In this document: one piece after another, positions 20,413-30,185 of the stretch
How the letters are laid out: each line of letters opens with the position of its first letter
Numbering within the stretch: position 1 is the first letter of the stretch
Notes under the pieces: model-generated
What the model saw: only the letters and a program-made list of their open reading frames with translations
Told to the model about the DNA's origin: nothing
The model's database searches: none
From: Candidatus Thorarchaeota archaeon
GTDB lineage: Archaea > Asgardarchaeota > Thorarchaeia > Thorarchaeales > Thorarchaeaceae
Assembly: GCA_029858305.1 (NCBI GenBank)
Contig: JAOUFI010000016.1
Coordinates: 1 to 38,671 of the forward strand
DNA: 38,671 bases
Direction of reading: 5' to 3'
Program-made: the position numbers and the translations under genes

Positions 20413-21456
20413 ATGGTCGAGTTGGCAGATCCTATAATCATTGGAGGCCTTAAAGTCCGTAATCGAACCGTAATGCCACCGATGGTCCGTAATCTCGCGA
20501 CAGATGACGGCTATGTCACTCAAGAGCTTGTCGAGCACTATGCTGCAAGAAGCAAGGGAGAAGTTGGACTAATCATTGTGGAAGCAGCCTCGATAGCAAA
20601 AGAGCATGGTATCATGAAACGAAATATCGGGATTTACGATGACGATATGATTCCAGGCCTTTCAACCCTTGCAGAAGGTATAAAGAAACACGGTGCTCGG
20701 GCATTCATTCAGATCAACCATGCAGGTCCAAAGTCGCATGTGGCAACAAAATTTGTTGGACCTTCAACGATTCCAATCATGAAGAATAAGATTCCAAAAG
20801 CCCTCACAATAGAAGAAATCGAAAACATCAAGAGTATGTTTGTGGATGCTACGAGAAGGGCAAAGGAGGCGGGATTTGATGGGGTTGAGATTCATGGAGC
20901 TCATTTCTATCTTCTAAGTGCATTTCTCTCCCCATTCACAAATAATAGAAAAGATGAGTATGGAGGAACGATAGAAAAGAGAGCTAAATTCTCTGTTGAT
21001 GTTATCAGAAAAATCCGTCAGGAAATTGGCGGGTATCCTCTGTTATTTCGAATGAATGGAATTGAAAATGTAAAGGGAGGCATCACAATAGAGGAGGGAG
21101 TGAAGATAGCCAAGATTATAGAACACGCAGGAGTTGACGCCATGCATGTTTCTTGTGTAGTAGACGCTATCTCCAATCCAGGGATTCCAGCCCTCTTTGA
21201 CGAGAAGACAATGCCAGAAGTGCTGCGTGGATATCCATATGATAGTTGCATTCCCTGTGCCTCGAAAATCAAACAAAAGATAAAGATACCAGTTATTGGC
21301 GTCGGAATGGTACGGGATGGTGAGTTTGCGAGGCAAGTCATTAAGAATGGAAGTTGCGATTTGCTTGGAATAGGTAGAGCTTTACTTGCAGATCCTGACT
21401 TTGTCGCAAAGGCTATTGATTATTGCGATGATGAAATAATCCCTTGGAAAGATTAG
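20413..21456 (+). CDS. NADH:flavin oxidoreductase (Old Yellow Enzyme family)
   Basis: RNRTVMPPM, QINHAG, AGFDGVEIHGAHFYL, RKDEYGG and GRALLADP motifs. Confidence 0.92.
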   Translation: MVELADPIIIGGLKVRNRTVMPPMVRNLATDDGYVTQELVEHYAARSKGEVGLIIVEAASIAKEHGIMKRNIGIYDDDMIPGLSTLAEGIKKHGARAFIQINHAGPKSHVATKFVGPSTIPIMKNKIPKALTIEEIENIKSMFVDATRRAKEAGFDGVEIHGAHFYLLSAFLSPFTNNRKDEYGGTIEKRAKFSVDVIRKIRQEIGGYPLLFRMNGIENVKGGITIEEGVKIAKIIEHAGVDAMHVSCVVDAISNPGIPALFDEKTMPEVLRGYPYDSCIPCASKIKQKIKIPVIGVGMVRDGEFARQVIKNGSCDLLGIGRALLADPDFVAKAIDYCDDEIIPWKD

Positions 21457-21528
21457 TGCGATCAGAACACTACAGAATTCTATATTTTTGACTTACAGTT
21501 TTATAGAAGTATCAATATAATAGGAATC

Positions 21529-22524
21529 ATGAGTTGGGAAAAATTTGCAAGTAATGAAGTTCTGAATTGGCTTCTTGGACCCGAGAATCCAAGTATTCGA
21601 TACTGGGCCCTGCAACATCTTAAGAACAGACCATTGAATGCGTCGGAGGTAGTAGAAACTCAAAATGCAATCATGGCTTCTCCGTGCGTGAAAGCGATGC
21701 TCAAGGCTCAGAAGGGAGAAGGACAGTGGGGCCATTATAATGACATTTACAATCCAAAGTATACAGCTACAACTCACAACCTATTGATTTTGGCAGAATT
21801 GGGAGCGAAGAGAGTGCCACAGATTGAGAAGGCAGTCGAATACCTTTTTCAATTCCAAAGGAACTCGGGTCATTTCTTGGTAGAACTTCCAAAGACTGAG
21901 AAGGGAAAGGATAGTATAGTAAAAGATGGTTGCTGTATAGATGGAAACATTCTGTATTATCTCGTTCATTTCGGTTATCTCGATGACCCAAGAACCCAGA
22001 GATTGATCAATTTCCAAATCGAGTATCATTCTGATGATGTTGGTGGTTGGTTGTGCCGTGCTTTTCCAATTGACAAGAGCAAGGTGTTCCCAATAAACTG
22101 CTACATGGGTGGAGTCAAAGGCCTGAAGGCATTCGCACGAATTCCCTCGAAAAACAGGTCTTCTGAGTTGAAACGAATAATAAACCAGGAAGTAGAAATT
22201 ATACTTGAGAATCAGGTTTTCAATTACCTACGAAATCCCAATGGTAGCAGAAAAGCCAAAGCAGGTTGGAAGAGATTCGGCTTCCCTCTTTTCTATCAGT
22301 CAGATATACTAGAGGTACTGGATGTGCTAACTGAACTTGGCATCAAAGATGAAAGGATGCAGGAATCAATTAATCTAGTACTAGAGAGTAGGAACAAACT
22401 TGGATCATGGGATTTGAAAAATACATTCAATGGCAAAATGCTATGTGACATTGAAAGGAAAAATGCGCCATCGAAATGGATCACATTGAGAGCCCTTAGA
22501 GTGCTTCACAGATACTACACTTGA
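21529..22524 (+). CDS. Uncharacterised alpha/alpha-toroid (prenyltransferase / terpene-cyclase-like repeat) protein
   Basis: QW-like repeats (QKGEGQW, QRNSGHF, DVGGWLC, RNKLGSW) and FGFPLFYQSDILEVL, PSKWITLRAL blocks. Confidence 0.6.
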   Translation: MSWEKFASNEVLNWLLGPENPSIRYWALQHLKNRPLNASEVVETQNAIMASPCVKAMLKAQKGEGQWGHYNDIYNPKYTATTHNLLILAELGAKRVPQIEKAVEYLFQFQRNSGHFLVELPKTEKGKDSIVKDGCCIDGNILYYLVHFGYLDDPRTQRLINFQIEYHSDDVGGWLCRAFPIDKSKVFPINCYMGGVKGLKAFARIPSKNRSSELKRIINQEVEIILENQVFNYLRNPNGSRKAKAGWKRFGFPLFYQSDILEVLDVLTELGIKDERMQESINLVLESRNKLGSWDLKNTFNGKMLCDIERKNAPSKWITLRALRVLHRYYT

Positions 22525-22550
22525 TGTGTAGTGATATATCGACTAAAGCA

Positions 22551-23462
22551 TCATTTTGTAGCGAATTCAGACAGCTCTGCTTTGAAGTCCTGACCTTTTG
22601 TGAAGATTTCCTTTGGATCTATTACTATGATAGCAAATCGATATACCATAGTCGTTGCAGTGCTGTTCCAGAAAAAGTACTCAGGGGGTAGAATAAATTG
22701 AGGCTGCCACTTCTCGCAGACCTTTGTGAAATAGGACTTTGCTTCTTGCTGCGAGCAGGTCTTCTCTAGCTCTACATCAAATGTATACCGATAGACCTCA
22801 TCACCCTTCAGGATGAATTTGAATTTCTCCATTGCATCTCGAATCCTTGTATCCTCATCGGCATCAAGATCAAAGATATCGCGATGGTATTCAAGTCCCC
22901 GCTCGTCGAAATAATCATCAACACGTACGCGGAAGTTTGTCATTCTCTGGTCAACTGTAGAAGAGTTGGGGATGAATTGGCGAGTGTGATCTGGACGGAG
23001 TAATCTGGTATAGTTTAGAGTGATCTCAGTCACAATGCCTTCTGAGTCCCCCATCCGAACATAATCTCCAACGCGAAATGGTCTGGCAACCAATACATAA
23101 AATCCACTTACAATGTTTGAGAGAGCCTTTGAGAAGGCAAGACCTATTGCAGTACCCAGTAGGGCACCACCTGCGACAATATACGTAGAAACTACATCAC
23201 CGGCCCATGCAAGTAAGAACAAAAGTGCGAATGCGAAGAAGAAGAGCCGCACACCGAAGATTATCCCACTTGATGCCTCACGAGGCATGCCAACTCTCCG
23301 AAATGTTAGTTTTATTGAACGAATCACAATAAGGTAGAATATGTAGATCAGCACGAAGATGGGGAAAGATGCAATGAGCCCTGCATAGTTTTGATAGTCT
23401 ATAGGTAGGAGATTCTTAATGAACTCCACAAATAGTGCAAAGATGTCTTCCTGCATAATCAT
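22551..23462 (-). CDS. Small-conductance mechanosensitive channel (MscS family)
   Basis: Three TM helices followed by AIGLAF...LSNIVSG, RPFRVGDYV and IPNS. Confidence 0.88.
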   Translation of the reverse strand: MIMQEDIFALFVEFIKNLLPIDYQNYAGLIASFPIFVLIYIFYLIVIRSIKLTFRRVGMPREASSGIIFGVRLFFFAFALLFLLAWAGDVVSTYIVAGGALLGTAIGLAFSKALSNIVSGFYVLVARPFRVGDYVRMGDSEGIVTEITLNYTRLLRPDHTRQFIPNSSTVDQRMTNFRVRVDDYFDERGLEYHRDIFDLDADEDTRIRDAMEKFKFILKGDEVYRYTFDVELEKTCSQQEAKSYFTKVCEKWQPQFILPPEYFFWNSTATTMVYRFAIIVIDPKEIFTKGQDFKAELSEFATK

Positions 23463-23644
23463 GGTATCCTCCTGCTGAGTAGAGATTGCTGAAGAGTTGT
23501 CGGTTTAATTCTTATGGGTTATCAATTTCTGCAGATAATATGACTGTTTAGATAGAAAATATGGAATCCGTCTATGAGGGCATACTACCATGAGGGCAAT
23601 TGGCTGGAAAATCATCTCCTTCTCTGCGGATCTGTTTCAATCAA

Positions 23645-24403
23645 TCATGTGCTTTCAACAATCTGATAATCCAATGTTTCAACTGGTCCCTTCATCACTA
23701 TATCAGTCCTGGTGAAGAAGAAGAGAATAGCAGCAATATACATGAGAACGTGAATGAATCCAACTGGAGGCCAGAGGAAACCTAGCGAGCCAAATGACGC
23801 ACCAATCAGATACATGCCACTTGCGGCGACTGTCACATTTTCGATCTTAGTCTGCCCTACATAGAGGATAATGCTTAATCCCACTGTAAGTGTAAACAGT
23901 GCATACATAGTAACCGTCAATGAGTAGTAGCCAAATCCCTTTGTGAGAATCATACCTTCTATCTCATAATATGGACCACCAATAATAAGATCCCATATTG
24001 CCAGAATTTGAGTAATCACAGACACCAAAGCAGTGAGAAGGCAAGCTATACTGGCGGCAGGGATTAACTCGCGATTGAGGGCGTAGAATCCTAATCCCTG
24101 TAACAATACAGAAACAGTCATACCACAATAATAGAACGTCATTGGAGGGATGTAGAAGTCAAACATCACTGGAGTGAAGACCAGCGCATAAAGCACACCA
24201 ATGGTCACCTCAAATAGGCCAATAAGCGCCCCTAATGCACCGATAATAAAGAAGGGTCGTTCTTCGAAGGACCCCTTGGGTTTTTGAGCAAGAATGCATT
24301 CATTACATGCAATTGCGCCTTGGTATCTCATCGCGGTTGAGGCATCAAGTTCCTTTCCACAGAATATGCAGGAGACCAACTTTGCCTTTTCCCTATCGAC
24401 CAC
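23645..24403 (-). CDS. Membrane protein with N-terminal Cys4 zinc finger
   Basis: CIFC...CNEC followed by about 6 hydrophobic helices. Start is GTG 24403 or TTG 24412. Confidence 0.7.
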   Translation of the reverse strand: MVDREKAKLVSCIFCGKELDASTAMRYQGAIACNECILAQKPKGSFEERPFFIIGALGALIGLFEVTIGVLYALVFTPVMFDFYIPPMTFYYCGMTVSVLLQGLGFYALNRELIPAASIACLLTALVSVITQILAIWDLIIGGPYYEIEGMILTKGFGYYSLTVTMYALFTLTVGLSIILYVGQTKIENVTVAASGMYLIGASFGSLGFLWPPVGFIHVLMYIAAILFFFTRTDIVMKGPVETLDYQIVEST

Positions 24404-24520
24404 GAAACTCAACTCCTAGAAATATCATCCCATAAACAGCTTCATCTGAAGTAAAATAAGGATTATGAGATGTTTGCGAGTTTCAAAACTGAATCAATCA
24501 TTTGCCCGTGACATTTTCCT

Positions 24521-26098
24521 CTATTTGTTCAAGCGATGATACATTGCTTTGTTCTTCTTATAGAGCGTAATGAATTCATGATACAGCTTTCGATAGAGTT
24601 CATGGTTGTCGGGATTGGGATGGAAAATGTTCGAATACTGGACAAGCTCAGGAATGTCTTCGAACTTGCAATAACCCAATCCTGCTGCGGCAATGAATGC
24701 CGCTCCACGAGCGTTTGCCATAATAGGATCCTTCACCTGTCTGATTGTTCGATTTAGTACATCAGCATAAATCTGACACCATACATCTGATTGTGCTCCA
24801 CCACCAATCATGTTTACAGGATCCATCTTTCGTTTAATGAACTTCTCAACCAAATCGAATAACCACTTGGAATTGTAAGCAACTCCCTCAAACACAGCAC
24901 GTATGATGTCTTCTCGTTTCACTGGGAGAGAGATGTTGTGGAGACCACCCCGTATTGTATGGTCCTCGACAGGAGTTCGCTCACCGTACAGCCATGGAGT
25001 AAAGATAAGTCCATTACTACCAGCAGGAACTTGTTCAACAATTCTATCGAACTCTTGGTAGACTTCTGGATTATTGAAACGAGTGGCATCGTCTCCAAAG
25101 AATACATTATCACGGAGAAACTTGAGGCATGCTCCAGCAGTTTCCTGCTCGTTAGCCACAAAATACTTGCCAGGAATTGAAGAGGGGACTGATGCCATGT
25201 TGTGTGATATGGAGGTCTTCTTGAAAGGCACATGGCATGTAATCCAGCTACTTGTTCCAATGTATATGTGCCCTTCGTAGTCTTGTACTGCCCCCGATCC
25301 TATAACTGCAGATTGAAGGTCTGGAGAACCCACTACAACTTTGGTGTCATCACTTATCCCAAGCTCCTGTGCAACCTCAAGCTTTACCACGCCTAAGATA
25401 TCAACAGCTCTCATGAGTTTGGGCAGTTTTTCTCTATCAATACCCATCTTTTTGATGAGACCTTTGTTGTACTTGATATTGTGAATGTCGCGAATGTCAG
25501 TGACCCAGTGGAGCATGATGGAGTCATAGGAGGCGGCAAACTCACCAGTGAGCCTGAGATTCATGTAGTCTTTGGGTTCCAGAAACTTGTATGTAGCCTC
25601 ATAGATTTCAGGTCGTTCGTTCTTGATATAGAGAATATGTGCAATTGAGTCCTTTCCACTCTTGGCAGGGAGTCCACCAGTTGAGCGTAGCCATCTAGCA
25701 ATATTCAATATGCCATAGCCCTGAATGTTGATAATGCCTTGATTTTTCTCTCTGATGAATGGTTCTCCACGGGAGTCCATCCAGATGATAGCATTCATCA
25801 AATGGCGTCCCTCTGAGTCGACAGCAACAGTTCCGGACCATTGACTGGACACACAGATTCCTACAATATCTTCCTTTGGCACTGGATGATTTGCCAGTAG
25901 CCGTTGTGTAGCCTTAACGAAGCTATCCCACCACTCATCTGGATTCTGTTCAGCTCCGCCATCAGGGGAGAGATAGAGTGGCGTATCTTCAAACTCAAAA
26001 GCGAAAATTTCCCCACATGTATCTGCAAGGGCAACTTTCATTGCCGATGTTCCATGGTCAACAGCTATAATGTACTTCTTAATGCGCTCTGCAGTCAT
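24521..26098 (-). CDS. FGGY-family carbohydrate kinase (xylulokinase-like)
   Basis: DHGTSAMK, IIWMDSR, IGTSSW, PWLYGERTP, RAVFEGVA and GGGAQS motifs. Confidence 0.92.
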   Translation of the reverse strand: MTAERIKKYIIAVDHGTSAMKVALADTCGEIFAFEFEDTPLYLSPDGGAEQNPDEWWDSFVKATQRLLANHPVPKEDIVGICVSSQWSGTVAVDSEGRHLMNAIIWMDSRGEPFIREKNQGIINIQGYGILNIARWLRSTGGLPAKSGKDSIAHILYIKNERPEIYEATYKFLEPKDYMNLRLTGEFAASYDSIMLHWVTDIRDIHNIKYNKGLIKKMGIDREKLPKLMRAVDILGVVKLEVAQELGISDDTKVVVGSPDLQSAVIGSGAVQDYEGHIYIGTSSWITCHVPFKKTSISHNMASVPSSIPGKYFVANEQETAGACLKFLRDNVFFGDDATRFNNPEVYQEFDRIVEQVPAGSNGLIFTPWLYGERTPVEDHTIRGGLHNISLPVKREDIIRAVFEGVAYNSKWLFDLVEKFIKRKMDPVNMIGGGAQSDVWCQIYADVLNRTIRQVKDPIMANARGAAFIAAAGLGYCKFEDIPELVQYSNIFHPNPDNHELYRKLYHEFITLYKKNKAMYHRLNK

Positions 26099-26155
26099 GT
26101 CCTAACCCGTTATATCCAATGGTCAAACGACCATATATACAGCGGCTCTGACTAT

Positions 26156-27370
26156 TTACATCTGAAGTCGCTCAATTTTGCCACTCTTATCGATGGACTC
26201 TATAATTAGTGGTGACTCACCACCAGTCATTTTATCCAGCTTTAGATGTTCCTGCATCAGACCTAGGAAGTCAAGTGGCTTAACACAAGCCTCAGGAGGA
26301 AGCACACCTTTCTCAGTGATTTTCCCTCTTTGCATAAGAATCGCTCCAAGAGCTGCAGGAATCCCTGTTCCCTCTCCCATTGATTGGCCAATAGAAGCCA
26401 TGGAGAAATCGTATTGCTTTGGTTCTCCATCCTCGATGCCCTTTATTGTAATCTTGAGGCATCCGCGTTGCTCTCCAAATTTTGCCTCCTTTAGAATTCG
26501 TTCACGTTGTTGAATTATGAATGCAATAGAGAAATCTCGTGGGACAACCATCTGATTTCCTACAGCAAGAGGCGTTTCACTCACAATACCAAGTCGCGCA
26601 ATTTCTTGTATCATCCGATAATACTGAGGTGGGATGACACAACCAAGGTTGGTTACTCTCTTGCACTTGATGTAGTTAGGGAGAGTTATGGTTTCAGGAT
26701 GTGGATATGGATAGCATCTGTATGTTCCCAAATAGTGGAACGTCACGTCTTCTTCGAGTGCTTTGCCACTCTCCCCGAAATAATCAACAGTTGTGAATTT
26801 TCCATTTAGATACATGGGTATCGGGGATGTCATGCTATGAATTCTATGAGCAACCACAGCTGCTCCTTCAGTTGGCTCGCCTCCGTGTGCATGAAGTATA
26901 TCTATCGAATCTACCTTATCCAGCATGAGATCTGCACAGAACTTCACAAGTAAATTGGCAACTCCCGGAGAACTCCCCATACCAGTGAGAGCAGAGATGC
27001 CTGCTTTCTTTGCCGCTCCATTCATATCAAGTAGTTTCTTCGTTGCATCATAGTCGTCGCACACGTCAACATAATTGATTTTTGACTCGATAACAGCCTT
27101 CAACACGACGGGCCCTAGTCGATAGAAAGGACCACAGCAGTTGAGAACAACATCAGATCCTTTGATTGCCTGTTTGACAGCTGCAGGATCACTCGCATCG
27201 ACTTTGAAGGACGAGAGACACTCATCGCCTATTTGGGACACACATTCATTCGCCTTCTCAAGGTCAATATCGCCAATAATGATCTCAGAGAAATCTCCAG
27301 CTGAAATTAGAGTCTTGACTGCAACCGTGCCTACGACACCGCATCCACCCAAGACAGTCACACGCGCCAT
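26156..27370 (-). CDS. Saccharopine dehydrogenase-like NAD(P)-dependent oxidoreductase
   Basis: GGCGVVG Rossmann loop, NCCGPFY, YVDVCDD, GMGSSPG, HPETITLP and GVLPPE. Start placed at ATG 27370. Confidence 0.88.
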   Translation of the reverse strand: MARVTVLGGCGVVGTVAVKTLISAGDFSEIIIGDIDLEKANECVSQIGDECLSSFKVDASDPAAVKQAIKGSDVVLNCCGPFYRLGPVVLKAVIESKINYVDVCDDYDATKKLLDMNGAAKKAGISALTGMGSSPGVANLLVKFCADLMLDKVDSIDILHAHGGEPTEGAAVVAHRIHSMTSPIPMYLNGKFTTVDYFGESGKALEEDVTFHYLGTYRCYPYPHPETITLPNYIKCKRVTNLGCVIPPQYYRMIQEIARLGIVSETPLAVGNQMVVPRDFSIAFIIQQRERILKEAKFGEQRGCLKITIKGIEDGEPKQYDFSMASIGQSMGEGTGIPAALGAILMQRGKITEKGVLPPEACVKPLDFLGLMQEHLKLDKMTGGESPLIIESIDKSGKIERLQM

Positions 27371-27579
27371 AGCATACCAGAAGACATTCCAGATATTTAG
27401 GTATAATGGATGTTCAAACAAACCAGTGGAATCACTTACAGCAGTATGAGAGATATCAATAGCTTCTTCTCAATACCTCAGAAGTACGATGTGTCTGGAG
27501 ATAGTATACTCCTGGGTCAGAAACCTTGAGCAAAAAATATGATTGCCTTTATTTTGAGGTATCATATGAGTGATACATT

Positions 27580-28314
27580 TTATTTTTCAATTGTTATCCT
27601 TTCACCGATTTTAACGGATAGAAGATCGATTGCGCGTTTATTCTGGGAGGCAATCTCGAGAGTTCCATAACTCCCAGTCACAAGAAAGAGTCCTTCAGAT
27701 GGTCCCTGCGCATAGGTTCCAACAAGTTGAAGCTCTAATTGGGTAGTTCCATATAGCACCTGGAGAGAATCAGAACGCTCAGGAGGTATATTTGTTATAA
27801 TATTTCCAAACCTGTCGACACGAACAATCTCACCTGTGCGTCCTTCAAGGTAGAAGGAGATACTTTCACTTAGGGCTCTTTTCGGCATGCCAATCTCTCT
27901 TGCAGGAGTTCCTGAGTGATATTGTGCAGCGGCAACAGCAAATACATCTCGACCATGAAAAGTACTCGAAACCGTAGAACCCACCTTTATACTATAGATG
28001 TGTTCTATTCCTGTGGCTTTTGTGACTTCATGGAAAATACCATTATCTGGTCCAATGAAGACATAGTCTGGAGTAATTACAAGGACTGCATCTCTAGTAG
28101 TTCCTACGCCTGGATCAACAACGCATACGAAAACAGTATGTTTGGGGAAGTACTTGTACGAGTTGACCAGAATCCAGGCTGCCTCTCGCACGGACTGAGG
28201 AGAGATGGAATGAGTTAGGTCGACAATGTGTGCATCGGGGGCAATACCTAGGATGACGCCTTTCATCACGCCCACATACTCAGACTCTCCAAAATCAGTA
28301 AGCAAGACAATCAT
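27580..28314 (-). CDS. SAM hydroxide adenosyltransferase (DUF62; chlorinase/fluorinase family)
   Basis: LLTDFG, VVDPGVG, GPDNG, TFHGRDVF and DRFGNIITN motifs. Confidence 0.92.
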   Translation of the reverse strand: MIVLLTDFGESEYVGVMKGVILGIAPDAHIVDLTHSISPQSVREAAWILVNSYKYFPKHTVFVCVVDPGVGTTRDAVLVITPDYVFIGPDNGIFHEVTKATGIEHIYSIKVGSTVSSTFHGRDVFAVAAAQYHSGTPAREIGMPKRALSESISFYLEGRTGEIVRVDRFGNIITNIPPERSDSLQVLYGTTQLELQLVGTYAQGPSEGLFLVTGSYGTLEIASQNKRAIDLLSVKIGERITIEK

Positions 28315-28326
28315 GTGCTCGACTCC

Positions 28327-29457
28327 TCACTCGACATGTACCAGTCGTATCTCATTGTAGTCGGTAATCACTCGAATATATCCCCTCAGAAGTTCATCTA
28401 CCAGTGTATCACCAGTGTCCACCTTGAGTGTTTCGCCATCAATACCCTTTAGCTTTGAGAGCGTGGAGATGACGAAGATATGGTCTCTTCCAACACGTTC
28501 GATGATGCCAGGACTAATCTGCTGATTGCCACGGCCGAATAGCATCCCCTGGTGGCCAATTGGAGATACAATAATCCAAGTTTTATTGAAATCATCAACC
28601 AACTGGAGAATCTGAGTTTCGTTTACATCATTGTAGATAGAACCTCTATGGTAGATGTCCACGCCAAGGATTGTCTTTTTCACTTCAAGTAAATCAGTCA
28701 CCGTCTTCACTGTAGTACCAGGTCCCATGATATAGGTCCCATCAGGAACCATCTGTTCAATGATATACTTCGCAATAGCCTCTTGAGCCTCGTGTTCATC
28801 AATGGTCTCCGGACTTGCTTGTTTAGCCCCCTGAAAACGAGCTGGAACAGCAGGCCCCTTCATATAGCCATAGAGGCGAATAACAAAACGATCCTCGCGA
28901 TAGGCTCTTTCATCTGCATCCATTATCTCAAACTCTGCGGTTCCAGCTCCATCCTCAAGAACAAGGCGGACCACCTCCGCTGCATCAGCGGGATTCACGA
29001 CAAAGATGCCACTGTACATCTTCACCCCAGAGGGAACTCCAAGAACAAGTAGGTCATCGAGTTTCTCCTCCATTATCACATCGAGAATATCACGCGCTGT
29101 TCCATCACCGCCTACAAAGACGACAAGACGGACTCCTGCTTCATACAGAGCCCGTATACACTGATGCGTGTCCTCAGAATCAGTCACGTCATTTATCTCA
29201 ACATCTACGACAGAATGTTCCAATCCAACCTCTTGGGCAATATCCGCCCCCATCTGTTGTGGACAGACGACCAGATTCATTCTTGGATTTCCTTGAACTA
29301 GCGGAGTGAGTGCCTCAAGGAATTCAATCGCGCGACCAGGTGCGACAGGGGTGGCTCCTCGTTTGATGGCCTCTTCCACCACTCCATCAGTACCTTTGAG
29401 GCCTACACGACCACCCATACCTGCGATTGGATTGACGAGAACACCAAGATACATCAT
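28327..29457 (-). CDS. ATP-NAD kinase / AcoX-like family protein
   Basis: NPIAGMGGRVGLKGTDG, GGDGTARD, GVKMYS and GRGNQQ motifs. Confidence 0.85.
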   Translation of the reverse strand: MMYLGVLVNPIAGMGGRVGLKGTDGVVEEAIKRGATPVAPGRAIEFLEALTPLVQGNPRMNLVVCPQQMGADIAQEVGLEHSVVDVEINDVTDSEDTHQCIRALYEAGVRLVVFVGGDGTARDILDVIMEEKLDDLLVLGVPSGVKMYSGIFVVNPADAAEVVRLVLEDGAGTAEFEIMDADERAYREDRFVIRLYGYMKGPAVPARFQGAKQASPETIDEHEAQEAIAKYIIEQMVPDGTYIMGPGTTVKTVTDLLEVKKTILGVDIYHRGSIYNDVNETQILQLVDDFNKTWIIVSPIGHQGMLFGRGNQQISPGIIERVGRDHIFVISTLSKLKGIDGETLKVDTGDTLVDELLRGYIRVITDYNEIRLVHVE

Positions 29458-29511
29458 GAGTACTAATCCCTACTTCCTAAAAGACACAACCGAGCTCTAA
29501 AGCAGTTTTGA

Positions 29512-30096
29512 TTAGTATTTCAATGCCTTGACCTGGGCTGCAGTCTGTATCCAGAACGAAACTCGAACCAGGACTTCCTCAAGGAACTTGTCCCTGTTAT
29601 CTGTAGTTGCATCCTCAGGCCACTTATTTCGACGATATTCATCGAATTTCTTGAATGTGCGCCCATATTTTGTGGTAAGCGGGATTTCTACACGCCTATC
29701 GCACATGGTGTTTAAAGCACGAATGAGTGTGACAAAATCGAACTTCAGACGGACCAGCCACTTTCGCAACGCGATGAAGAAGGAACGATCGTTTGTTTCC
29801 CCCCATAGTAGTGTCTTTAGAGCCTCTCTATCACTCCCATCTAACCGGCCAGAGTTGAAGCTGCAGGCCTTGTCATAACTACAACGAGCCCTGAGGTAGA
29901 GTTTCTTCTTCGACATCCAGAGAATTATCTCATGCTCTCCTTTTTTGCGCATCACTTCCTTATGAGCGCCAGCAGGAAATATTAGCTCAACAATGCCGCC
30001 CTCCTTGAACGCACCGCCAGCCTTGAAGTAGAGGTCTAATGCCCATGCAAGAGCTGGAATTGTGTTCACCGGATAATACTCATCAGGGTCTGTCAT
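29512..30096 (-). CDS. Hypothetical protein
   Basis: 194-aa ATG-started ORF with protein-like composition filling the gap between co-oriented genes. No family recognised. Confidence 0.7.
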   Translation of the reverse strand: MTDPDEYYPVNTIPALAWALDLYFKAGGAFKEGGIVELIFPAGAHKEVMRKKGEHEIILWMSKKKLYLRARCSYDKACSFNSGRLDGSDREALKTLLWGETNDRSFFIALRKWLVRLKFDFVTLIRALNTMCDRRVEIPLTTKYGRTFKKFDEYRRNKWPEDATTDNRDKFLEEVLVRVSFWIQTAAQVKALKY

Positions 30097-30185
30097 AGTT
30101 GCACGTCACATCACATATTCTCACTGATATGAATTAGCTCTCATACAGGCAAAGTGTGAATTGAAGGGAGGTAGAGATTCGCAGG

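Noticed and set aside
21529-22524. Squalene-hopene cyclase or Rab geranylgeranyltransferase call
   Set aside because: No DxDD motif, only a single-domain length, and the local Rab-like protein has no C-terminal cysteine.
23574-23597. Short direct repeat atgagggca x2 upstream of the MscS gene
   Set aside because: 9 bp with two copies is compatible with chance.
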